Program-made: the position numbers and the translations under genes
Part shown: positions 24,963 to 37,568 of the stretch, piece by piece
How the letters are laid out: each line of letters begins with the position of its first letter
Numbering within the stretch: position 1 is the first letter of the stretch
Notes under the pieces: generated by a model
Database searches by the model: none
The model's input: the letters and a program-made list of their open reading frames with translations, nothing else
Told to the model about the DNA's origin: nothing
DNA from: the human T2T-CHM13v2.0 reference genome, Homo sapiens
Strand: one strand, 5' to 3'
Assembly: GCF_009914755.1 (NCBI RefSeq)
Contig: NC_060931.1
Length of the DNA stretch: 64,000 nt

Positions 24963-27900
24963 GTGATGTGTGCCTTCAACTCACAGAGTTTAACCTTTCT
25001 TTTCTTAGAGCAGTTTAGAAACACTCTGCTTGTTATGTCTGCAAGTGGATATTTGGACCTCTTTGAGGCCTTCGTTGCAAACGGGGTTTCTTCCTTTCAT
25101 GCTAGACTAAGAAGAGTTCTCAGTAACTTTTTTGTGTTGTGTGTATTCAACTCACAGAGTTGAACCTTGCTTTAGAGAGAGCAGATTTGAAACACTCTTG
25201 CTGTGGCATTTTCAGGTGGAGATTTCAAGCGATTTGAGGACAATTGCAGAAAAGGAAATATCTTCGTATAATAACCAGACAGAATCATTCTCAGAAAGTG
25301 CTTTGTGATGTGTGCGTTCAACTCACAGAGTTTAACCTTTCTTTTCATAGAGGAGTTTGGAAACACACTGTTTGTAAAGTCTGCAAGTGGATATATGGAC
25401 CTGTTTGAGGCCTTCGTTGGAAACGGGATTTCTTCATTGAATGCTAGACGGAAGAATTCTCAGTAAATTCTTTGTGTTGTGTGCATTCAACTCACAGAGT
25501 GGAACGTCCCTTTAGACAGAGCAGATTTGAAACACTCTTTTTGCGGAATTTGCAAGTGGAGATTTCTAGCCATTTGATGCCAACAGTAGAAAGGGAAATA
25601 TCTTCAAATAAAAACCAGACAGAATCATTCTCAGCAAATTCTTTGTGATGTGTGCGTTCAACTCACATAGTTTAACCTTTCTTTTCATAGAGCAGTTTGG
25701 AAACACTCTGTTTGTAAAGTCTGCAAGTGGATATATGGACCGCATTGAGGCCTTCGTTGGAAACGGGATTTCTTCATTTCATGCTAGACAGAAGAATTCT
25801 CAGTAACTTCTTTGTGCTGTGTGTATTCAACTCACAGAGTGGAACGTCCCTTTGCACAGAGCAGATTTGAAACACTCTTTTTGTGGAGTTTGCAAGTGGA
25901 GATTTCAAGCGATTTGATGCCAACAGTAGAAAAGGAAATATCTTCAAATAAAAACTAGACAGAATCATTCTCAGAAACTACTTTGTGATGTGTGCCTTCA
26001 ACTCACAGAGTTTAACCTTTCTTTTCTTAGAGCAGCTTAGAAACACTCTGCTTGTTATGTCTGCAAGTGGATATTTGGACCTCTTTGAGGCCTTCGTTGC
26101 AAACGGGGTTTCTTCCTTTCATGCTAGACTAAGAAGAGTTCTCAGTAACTTTTTTGTGTTGTGTGTATTCAACTCACAGAGTTGAACCTTGCTTTAGAGA
26201 GAGCAGATTTGAAACACTCTTGCTGTGGCATTTTCAGGTGGAGATTTCAAGCGATTTGAGGACAATTGCAGAAAAGGAAATATCTTCGTATAATAACCAG
26301 ACAGAATCATTCTCAGAAAGTGCTTTGTGATGTGTGCGTTCAACTCACAGAGTTTAACCTTTCTTTTCATAGAGGAGTTTGGAAACACACTGTTTGTAAA
26401 GTCTGCAAGTGGATACATGGACCTGTTTGAGGCCTTCGTTGGAAACGGGATTTCTTCATTGAATGCTAGACGGAAGAATTCTCAGTAAATTCTTTGTGTT
26501 GTGTGCATTCAACTCACAGAGTGGAACGTCCCTTTAGACAGAGCAGATTTGAAACACTCTTTTTGCGGAATTTGCAAGTGGAGATTTCTAGCCATTTGAT
26601 GCCAACAGTAGAAAGGGAAATATCTTCAAATAAAAACCAGACAGAATCATTCTCAGAAAATTCTTTGTGATGTGTGCGTTCAACTCACATAGTTTAACCT
26701 TTCTTTTCATAGAGCAGTTTGGAAACACTCTGTTTGTAAAGTCTGCAAGTGGATATATGGACCGCATTGAGGCCTTCGTTGGAAACGGGATTTCTTCATT
26801 TCATGCTAGACAGAAGAATTCTCAGTAACTTCTTTGTGCTGTGTGTATTCAACTCACAGAGTGGAACGTCCCTTTGCACAGAGCAGATTTGAAACACTCT
26901 TTTTGTGGAGTTTGCAAGTGGAGATTTCAAGCGATTTGATGCCAACAGTAGAAAAGGAAATATCTTCAAATAAAAACTAGACAGAATCATTCTCAGAAAC
27001 TACTTTGTGATGTGTGCCTTCAACTCACAGAGTTTAACCTTTCTTTTCTTAGAGCAGTTTAGAAACACTCTGCTTGTTATGTCTGCAAGTGGATATTTGG
27101 ACCTCTTTGAGGCCTTCGTTGCAAACGGGGTTTCTTCCTTTAATGCTAGACTAAGAAGAGTTCTCAGTAACTTTTTTGTGTTGTGTGTATTCAACTCACA
27201 GAGTTGAACCTTGCTTTAGAGAGAGCAGATTTGAAACACTCTCGCTGTGGAATTTTCAGGTGGAGATTTCAAGCGATTTGAGAACAATTGCAGAAAAGGA
27301 AATATCTTCGTATAATAACCAGACAGAATCATTCTCAGAAAGTGCTTTGTGATGTGTGCGTTCAACTCACAGAGTTTAACCTTTCTTTTCATAGAGGAGT
27401 TTGGAAACACACTGTTTGTAAAGTCTGCAATTGGATATATGGACCTGTTTGAGGCCTTCGTTGGAAACGGGATTTCTTCATTGAATGCTAGACGGAAGGA
27501 TTCTCAGTAAATTCTTTGTGTTGTGTGCATTCAACTCACAGAGTGGAACGTCCCTTTAGACAGAGCAGATTTGAAACACTCTTTTTGCGGAATTTGCAAG
27601 TGGAGATTTCTAGCCATTTGATGCCAACAGTAGAAAGGGAAATATCTTCAAATAAAAACCAGACAGAATCATTCTCAGAAAATTCTTTGTGATGTGTGCG
27701 TTCAACTCACATAGTTTAACCTTTCTTTTCATAGAGCAGTTTGGAAACACTCTGTTTGTAAAGTCTGCAAGTGGATATATGGACCGCATTGAGGCCTTCG
27801 TTGGAAACGGGATTTCTTCATTTCATACTAGACAGAAGAATTCTCAGTAACTTCTTTGTGCTGTGTGTATTCAACTCACAGAGTGGAACGTCCCTTTGCA

Positions 27901-29050
27901 CAGAGCAGATTTGAAACACTCTTTTTGTGGAGTTTGCTAGTGGAGATTTCAAGCGATTTGATGCCAACAGTAGAAGAGGAAATATCTTCAAATAAAAACT
28001 AGACAGAATCATTCTCAGAAACTACTTTGTGATGTGTGCCTTTAACTCACAGAGTTTAACCTTTCTTTTCTTAGAGCAGTTTAGAAACACTCTGCTTGTT
28101 ATGTCTGCAAGTGGATATTTGGACCTCTTTGAGGCCTTCGTTGCAAACGGGGTTTCTTCCTTTCATGCTAGACTAAGAAGAGTTCTCAGTAACTTTTTTG
28201 TGTTGTGTGTATTCAACTCACAGAGTTGAACCTTGCTTTAGAGAGAGCAGATTTGAAACACTCTTGCTGTGGCATTTTCAGGTGGAGATTTCAAGCGATT
28301 TGAGGACAATTGCAGAAAAGGAAATATCTTCGTATAATAACCAGACAGAATCATTCTCAGAAAGTGCTTTGTGATGTGTGCGTTCAACTCACAGAGTTTA
28401 ACCTTTCTTTTCATAGAGGAGTTTGGAAACACACTGTTTGTAAAGTCTGCAATTGGATATATGGACCTGTTTGAGGCCTTCGTTGGAAACGGGATTTCTT
28501 CATTGAATGCTAGACGGAAGAATTCTCAGTAAATTCTTTGTGTTGTGTGCATTCAACTCACAGAGTGGAACGTCCCTTTAGACAGAGCAGATTTGAAACA
28601 CTCTTTTTGCGGAATTTGCAAGTGGAGATTTCTAGCCATTTGATGCCAACAGTAGAAAGGGAAATATCTTCAAATAAAAACCAGACAGAATCATTCTCAG
28701 AAAATTCTTTGTGATGTGTGCGTTCAACTCACATAGTTTAACCTTTCTTTTCATAGAGCAGTTTGGAAACACTCTGTTTGTAAAGTCTGCAAGTGGATAT
28801 ATGGACCGCATTGAGGCCTTCGTTGGAAACGGGATTTCTTCATTTCATGCTAGACAGAAGAATTCTCAGTAACTTCTTTGTGCTGTGTGTATTCAACTCA
28901 CAGAGTGGAACGTCCCTTTGCAGAGAGCAGATTTGAAACACTCTTTTTGTGGAGTTTGCAAGTGGAGATTTCAAGCGATTTGATGCCAACAGTAGAAAAG
29001 GAAATATCTTCAAATAAAAACTAGACAGAATCATTCTCAGAAACTACTTT

Positions 29051-29732
29051 GTGATGTGTGCCTTCAACTCACAGAGTTTAACCTTTCTTTTCTTAGAGCA
29101 GTTTAGAAACACTCTGCTTGTTATGTCTGCAAGTGGATATTTGGACCTCTTTGAGGCCTTCGTTGCAAACGGGGTTTCTTCCTTTCATGCTAGACTAAGA
29201 AGAGTTCTCAGTAACTTTTTTGTGTTGTGTGTATTCAACTCACAGAGTTGAACCTTGCTTTAGAGAGAGCAGATTTGAAACACTCCTGCTGTGGCATTTT
29301 CAGGTGGAGATTTCAAGCGATTTGAGGACAATTGCAGAAAAGGAAATATCTTCGTATAATAACCAGACAGAATCATTCTCAGAAAGTGCTTTGTGATGTG
29401 TGCGTTCAACTCACAGAGTTTAACCTTTCTTTTCATAGAGGAGTTTGGAAACACACTGTTTGTAAAGTCTGCAAGTGGATATATGGACCTGTTTGAGGCC
29501 TTCGTTGGAAACGGGATTTCTTCATTGAATGCTAGACGGAAGAATTCTCAGTAAATTCTTTGTGTTGTGTGCATTCAACTCACAGAGTGGAACGTCCCTT
29601 TAGACAGAGCAGATTTGAAACACTCTTTTTGTGGAGTTTGCAAGTGGAGATTTCAAGCGATTTGATGCCAACAGTAGAAAAGGAAATATCTTCAAATAAA
29701 AACTAGACAGAATCATTCTCAGAATCTACTTT
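29051..29732 (+). repeat. 4-mer (682 bp) HOR deletion variant, subtype A
   Basis: 682-bp period, hybrid monomer, cactcctgct and gaatctact markers. Confidence 0.95.
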
Positions 29733-32700
29733 GTGATGTGTGCCTTCAACTCACAGAGTTTAACCTTTCTTTTCTTAGAGCAGTTTAGAAACACTCTGCT
29801 TGTTATGTCTGCAAGTGGATATTTGGACCTCTTTGAGGCCTTCGTTGCAAACGGGGTTTCTTCCTTTCATGCTAGACTAAGAAGAGTTCTCAGTAACTTT
29901 TTTGTGTTGTGTGTATTCAACTCACAGAGTTGAACCTTGCTTTAGAGAGAGCAGATTTGAAACACTCTTGCTGTGGCATTTTCAGGTGGAGATTTCAAGC
30001 GATTTGAGTACAATTGCAGAAAAGGAAATATCTTCGTATAATAACCAGACAGAATCATTCTCAGAAAGTGCTTTGTGATGTGTGCGTTCAACTCACAGAG
30101 TTTAACCTTTCTTTTCATAGAGGAGTTTGGAAACACACTGTTTGTAAAGTCTGCAAGTGGATATATGGACCTGTTTGAGGCCTTCGTTGGAAACGGGATT
30201 TCTTCATTGAATGCTAGACGGAAGAATTCTCAGTAAATTCTTTGTGTTGTGTGCATTCAACTCACAGAGTGGAACGTCCCTTTAGACAGAGCAGATTTGA
30301 AACACTCTTTTTGCGGAATTTGCAAGTGGAGATTTCTAGCCATTTGATGCCAACAGTAGAAAGGGAAATATCTTCAAATAAAAACCAGACAGAATCATTC
30401 TCAGCAAATTCTTTGTGATGTGTGCGTTCAACTCACATAGTTTAACCTTTCTTTTCATAGAGCAGTTTGGAAACACTCTGTTTGTAAAGTCTGCAAGTGG
30501 ATATATGGACCGCATTGAGGCCTTCGTTGGAAACGGGATTTCTTCATTTCATGCTAGACAGAAGAATTCTCAGTAACTTCTTTGTGCTGTGTGTATTCAA
30601 CTCACAGAGTGGAACGTCCCTTTGCACAGAGCAGATTTGAAACACTCTTTTTGTGGAGTTTGCAAGTGGAGATTTCAAGCGATTTGATGCCAACAGTAGA
30701 AAAGGAAATATCTTCAAATAAAAACTAGACAGAATCATTCTCAGAAACTACTTTGTGATGTGTGCCTTCAACTCACAGAGTTTAACCTTTCTTTTCTTAG
30801 AGCAGCTTAGAAACACTCTGCTTGTTATGTCTGCAAGTGGATATTTGGACCTCTTTGAGGCCTTCGTTGCAAACGGGGTTTCTTCCTTTCATGCTAGACT
30901 AAGAAGAGTTCTCAGTAACTTTTTTGTGTTGTGTGTATTCAACTCACAGAGTTGAACCTTGCTTTAGAGAGAGCAGATTTGAAACACTCTTGCTGTGGCA
31001 TTTTCAGGTGGAGATTTCAAGCGATTTGAGGACAATTGCAGAAAAGGAAATATCTTCGTATAATAACCAGACAGAATCATTCTCAGAAAGTGCTTTGTGA
31101 TGTGTGCGTTCAACTCACAGAGTTTAACCTTTCTTTTCATAGAGGAGTTTGGAAACACACTGTTTGTAAAGTCTGCAAGTGGATACATGGACCTGTTTGA
31201 GGCCTTCGTTGGAAACGGGATTTCTTCATTGAATGCTAGACGGAAGAATTCTCAGTAAATTCTTTGTGTTGTGTGCATTCAACTCACAGAGTGGAACGTC
31301 CCTTTAGACAGAGCAGATTTGAAACACTCTTTTTGCGGAATTTGCAAGTGGAGATTTCTAGCCATTTGATGCCAACAGTAGAAAGGGAAATATCTTCAAA
31401 TAAAAACCAGACAGAATCATTCTCAGAAAATTCTTTGTGATGTGTGCGTTCAACTCACATAGTTTAACCTTTCTTTTCATAGAGCAGTTTGGAAACACTC
31501 TGTTTGTAAAGTCTGCAAGTGGATATATGGACCGCATTGAGGCCTTCGTTGGAAACGGGATTTCTTCATTTCATGCTAGACAGAAGAATTCTCAGTAACT
31601 TCTTTGTGCTGTGTGTATTCAACTCACAGAGTGGAACGTCCCTTTGCACAGAGCAGATTTGAAACACTCTTTTTGTGGAGTTTGCAAGTGGAGATTTCAA
31701 GCGATTTGATGCCAACAGTAGAAAAGGAAATATCTTCAAATAAAAACTAGACAGAATCATTCTCAGAAACTACTTTGTGATGTGTGCCTTCAACTCACAG
31801 AGTTTAACCTTTCTTTTCTTAGAGCAGTTTAGAAACACTCTGCTTGTTATGTCTGCAAGTGGATATTTGGACCTCTTTGAGGCCTTCGTTGCAAACGGGG
31901 TTTCTTCCTTTCATGCTAGACTAAGAAGAGTTCTCAGTAACTTTTTTGTGTTGTGTGTATTCAACTCACAGAGTTGAACCTTGCTTTAGAGAGAGCAGAT
32001 TTGAAACACTCTTGCTGTGGCATTTTCAGGTGGAGATTTCAAGCGATTTGAGGACAATTGCAGAAAAGGAAATATCTTCGTATAATAACCAGACAGAATC
32101 ATTCTCAGAAAGTGCTTTGTGATGTGTGCGTTCAACTCACAGAGTTTAACCTTTCTTTTCATAGAGGAGTTTGGAAACACACTGTTTGTAAAGTCTGCAA
32201 GTGGATATATGGACCTGTTTGAGGCCTTCGTTGGAAACGGGATTTCTTCATTGAATGCTAGACGGAAGAATTCTCAGTAAATTCTTTGTGTTGTGTGCAT
32301 TCAACTCACAGAGTGGAACGTCCCTTTAGACAGAGCAGATTTGAAACACTCTTTTTGCGGAATTTGCAAGTGGAGATTTCTAGCCATTTGATGCCAACAG
32401 TAGAAAGGGAAATATCTTCAAATAAAAACCAGACAGAATCATTCTCAGAAAATTCTTTGTGATGTGTGCGTTCAACTCACATAGTTTAACCTTTCTTTTC
32501 ATAGAGCAGTTTGGAAACACTCTGTTTGTAAAGTCTGCAAGTGGATATATGGACCGCATTGAGGCCTTCGTTGGAAACGGGATTTCTTCATTTCATGCTA
32601 GACAGAAGAATTCTCAGTAACTTCTTTGTGCTGTGTGTATTCAACTCACAGAGTGGAACGTCCCTTTGCACAGAGCAGATTTGAAACACTCTTTTTGTGG

Positions 32701-35700
32701 AGTTTGCAAGTGGAGATTTCAAGCGATTTGATGCCAACAGTAGAAAAGGAAATATCTTCAAATAAAAACTAGACAGAATCATTCTCAGAAACTACTTTGT
32801 GATGTGTGCCTTCAACTCACAGAGTTTACCCTTTCTTTTCTTAGAGCAGTTTAGAAACACTCTGCTTGTTATGTCTGCAAGTGGATATTTGGACCTCTTT
32901 GAGGCCTTCGTTGCAAACGGGGTTTCTTCCTTTCATGCTAGACTAAGAAGAGTTCTCAGTAACTTTTTTGTGTTGTGTGTATTCAACTCACAGAGTTGAA
33001 CCTTGCTTTAGAGAGAGCAGATTTGAAACACTCTTGCTGTGGCATTTTCAGGTGGAGATTTCAAGCGATTTGAGGACAATTGCAGAAAAGGAAATATCTT
33101 CGTATAATAACCAGACAGAATCATTCTCAGAAAGTGCTTTGTGATGTGTGCGTTCAACTCACAGAGTTTAACCTTTCTTTTCATAGAGGAGTTTGGAAAC
33201 ACACTGTTTGTAAAGTCTGCAAGTGGATATATGGACCTGTTTGAGGCCTCCGTTGGAAACGGGATTTCTTCATTGAATGCTAGACGGAAGAATTCTCAGT
33301 AAATTCTTTGTGTTGTGTGCATTCAACTCACAGAGTGGAACGTCCCTTTAGACAGAGCAGATTTGAAACACTCTTTTTGCGGAATTTGCAAGTGGAGATT
33401 TCTAGCCATTTGATGCCAACAGTAGAAAGGGAAATATCTTCAAATAAAAACCAGACAGAATCATTCTCAGAAAATTCTTTGTGATGTGTGCGTTCAACTC
33501 ACATAGTTTAACCTTTCTTTTCATAGAGCAGTTTGGAAACACTCTGTTTGTAAAGTCTGCAAGTGGATATATGGACCGCATTGAGGCCTTCGTTGGAAAC
33601 GGGATTTCTTCATTTCATGCTAGACAGAAGAATTCTCAGTAACTTCTTTGTGCTGTGTGTATTCAACTCACAGAGTGGAACGTCCCTTTGCACAGAGCAG
33701 ATTTGAAACACTCTTTTTGTGGAGTTTGCAAGTGGAGATTTCAAGCGATTTGATGCCAACAGTAGAAAAGGAAATATCTTCAAATAAAAACTAGACAGAA
33801 TCATTCTCAGAAACTACTTTGTGATGTGTGCCTTCAACTCACAGAGTTCAACCTTTCTTTTCTTAGAGCAGTTTAGAAACACTCTGCTTGTTATGTCTGC
33901 AAGTGGATATTTGGACCTCTTTGAGGCCTTCGTTGCAAACGGGGTTTCTTCCTTTCATGCTAGACTAAGAAGAGTTCTCAGTAACTTTTTTGTGTTGTGT
34001 GTATTCAACTCACAGAGTTGAACCTTGCTTTAGAGAGAGCAGATTTGAAACACTCTTGCTGTGGCATTTTCAGGTGGAGATTTCAAGCGATTTGAGGACA
34101 ATTGCAGAAAAGGAAATATCTTCGTATAATAACCAGACAGAATCATTCTCAGAAAGTGCTTTGTGATGTGTGCGTTCAACTCACAGAGTTTAACCTTTCT
34201 TTTCATAGAGGAGTTTGGAAACACACTGTTTGTAAAGTCTGCAAGTGGATACATGGACCTGTTTGAGGCCTTCGTTGGAAACGGGATTTCTTCATTGAAT
34301 GCTAGACGGAAGAATTCTCAGTAAATTCTTTGTGTTGTGTGCATTCAACTCACAGAGTGGAACGTCCCTTTAGACAGAGCAGATTTGAAACACTCTTTTT
34401 GCGGAATTTGCAAGTGGAGATTTCTAGCCATTTGATGCCAACAGTAGAAAGGGAAATATCTTCAAATAAAAACCAGACAGAATCATTCTCAGAAAATTCT
34501 TTGTGATGTGTGCGTTCAACTCATATAGTTTAACCTTTCTTTTCATAGAGCAGTTTGGAAACACTCTGTTTGTAAAGTCTGCAAGTGGATATATGGACCG
34601 CATTGAGGCCTTCGTTGGAAACGGGATTTCTTCATTTCATGCTAGACAGAAGAATTCTCAGTAACTTCTTTGTGCTGTGTGTATTCAACTCACAGAGTGG
34701 AACGTCCCTTTGCACAGAGCAGATTTGAAACACTCTTTTTGTGGAGTTTGCAAGTGGAGATTTCAAGCGATTTGATGCCAACAGTAGAAAAGGAAATATC
34801 TTCAAATAAAAACTAGACAGAATCATTCTCAGAAACTACTTTGTGATGTGTGCCTTCAACTCACAGAGTTTAACCTTTCTTTTCTTAGAGCAGTTTAGAA
34901 ACACTCTGCTTGTTATGTCTGCAAGTGGATATTTGGACCTCTTTGAGGCCTTCGTTGCAAACGGGGTTTCTTCCTTTCATGCTAGACTAAGAAGAGTTCT
35001 CAGTAACTTTTTTGTGTTGTGTGTATTCAACTCACAGAGTTGAACCTTGCTTTAGAGAGAGCAGATTTGAAACACTCTTGCTGTGGCATTTTCAGGTGGA
35101 GATTTCAAGCGATTTGAGGACAATTGCAGAAAAGGAAATATCTTCGTATAATAACCAGACAGAATCATTCTCAGAAAGTGCTTTGTGATGTGTGCGTTCA
35201 ACTCACAGAGTTTAACCTTTCTTTTCATAGAGGAGTTTGGAAACACACTGTTTGTAAAGTCTGCAAGTGGATATATGGACCTGTTTGAGGCCTTCGTTGG
35301 AAACGGGATTTCTTCATTGAATGCTAGACGGAAGAATTCTCAGTAAATTCTTTGTGTTGTGTGCATTCAACTCACAGAGTGGAACGTCCCTTTAGACAGA
35401 GCAGATTTGAAACACTCTTTTTGCGGAATTTGCAAGTGGAGATTTCTAGCCATTTGATGCCAACAGTAGAAAGGGAAATATCTTCAAATAAAAACCAGAC
35501 AGAATCATTCTCAGAAAATTCTTTGTGATGTGTGCGTTCAACTCACATAGTTTAACCTTTCTTTTCATAGAGTAGTTTGGAAACACTCTGTTTGTAAAGT
35601 CTGCAAGTGGATATATGGACCGCATTGAGGCCTTCGTTGGAAACGGGATTTCTTCATTTCATGCTAGACAGAAGAATTCTCAGTAACTTCTTTGTGCTGT

Positions 35701-36886
35701 GTGTATTCAACTCACAGAGTGGAACGTCCCTTTGCACAGAGCAGATTTGAAACACTCTTTTTGTGGAGTTTGCAAGTGGAGATTTCAAGCGATTTGATGC
35801 CAACAGTAGAAAAGGAAATATCTTCAAATAAAAACTAGACAGAATCATTCTCAGAAACTACTTTGTGATGTGTGCCTTCAACTCACAGAGTTTACCCTTT
35901 CTTTTCTTAGAGCAGTTTAGAAACACTCTGCTTGTTATGTCTGCAAGTGGATATTTGGACCTCTTTGAGGCCTTCGTTGCAAACGGGGTTTCTTCCTTTC
36001 ATGCTAGACTAAGAAGAGTTCTCAGTAACTTTTTTGTGTTGTGTGTATTCAACTCACAGAGTTGAACCTTGCTTTAGAGAGAGCAGATTTGAAACACTCT
36101 TGCTGTGGCATTTTCAGGTGGAGATTTCAAGCGATTTGAGGACAATTGCAGAAAAGGAAATATCTTCGTATAATAACCAGACAGAATCATTCTCAGAAAG
36201 TGCTTTGTGATGTGTGCGTTCAACTCACAGAGTTTAACCTTTCTTTTCATAGAGGAGTTTGGAAACACACTGTTTGTAAAGTCTGCAAGTGGATATATGG
36301 ACCTGTTTGAGGCCTCCGTTGGAAACGGGATTTCTTCATTGAATGCTAGACGGAAGAATTCTCAGTAAATTCTTTGTGTTGTGTGCATTCAACTCACAGA
36401 GTGGAACGTCCCTTTAGACAGAGCAGATTTGAAACACTCTTTTTGCGGAATTTGCAAGTGGAGATTTCTAGCCATTTGATGCCAACAGTAGAAAGGGAAA
36501 TATCTTCAAATAAAAACCAGACAGAATCATTCTCAGAAAATTCTTTGTGATGTGTGCGTTCAACTCACATAGTTTAACCTTTCTTTTCATAGAGCAGTTT
36601 GGAAACACTCTGTTTGTAAAGTCTGCAAGTGGATATATGGACCGCATTGAGGCCTTCGTTGGAAACGGGATTTCTTCATTTCATGCTAGACAGAAGAATT
36701 CTCAGTAACTTCTTTGTGCTGTGTGTATTCAACTCACAGAGTGGAACGTCCCTTTGCACAGAGCAGATTTGAAACACTCTTTTTGTGGAGTTTGCAAGTG
36801 GAGATTTCAAGCGATTTGATGCCAACAGTAGAAAAGGAAATATCTTCAAATAAAAACTAGACAGAATCATTCTCAGAAACTACTTT

Positions 36887-37568
36887 GTGATGTGTGCCTT
36901 CAACTCACAGAGTTTAACCTTTCTTTTCTTAGAGCAGTTTAGAAACACTCTGCTTGTTATGTCTGCAAGTGGATATTTGGACCTCTTTGAGGCCTTCGTT
37001 GCAAACGGGGTTTCTTCCTTTCATGCTAGACTAAGAAGAGTTCTCAGTAACTTTTTTGTGTTGTGTGTATTCAACTCACAGAGTTGAACCTTGCTTTAGA
37101 GAGAGCAGATTTGAAACACTCTTGCTGTGGCATTTTCAGGTGGAGATTTCAAGCGATTTGAGGACAATTGCAGAAAAGGAAATATCTTCGTATAATAACC
37201 AGACAGAATCATTCTCAGAAAGTGCTTTGTGATGTGTGCGTTCAACTCACAGAGTTTAACCTTTCTTTTCATAGAGGAGTTTGGAAACACACTGTTTGTA
37301 AAGTCTGCAAGTGGATATATGGACCTGTTTGAGGCCTTCGTTGGAAACGGGATTTCTTCATTGAATGCTAGACGGAAGAATTCTCAGTAAATTCTTTGTG
37401 TTGTGTGCATTCAACTCACGGAGTGGAACGTCCCTTTAGACAGAGCAGATTTGAAACACTCTTTTTCTGGAGTTTGCAAGTGGAGATTTCAAGCGATTTG
37501 ATGCCAACAGTAGAAAAGGAAATATCTTCAAATAAAAACTAGACAGAATCATTCTCAGAAACTACTTT
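36887..37568 (+). repeat. 4-mer (682 bp) HOR deletion variant with private SNVs
   Basis: 682-bp period, hybrid monomer with private ctcacgg (37420) and ctttttctgg (37467). Confidence 0.95.

Larger units (their letters stand above)
22237..31776 (+). repeat. Tandem duplication of a 4770-bp, 28-monomer super-unit (6+6+4+6+6)
   Basis: The same ordered marker series occurs in 22237-27006 and 27007-31776. 4x1022+682 = 4770. Boundaries are approximate. Confidence 0.9.
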
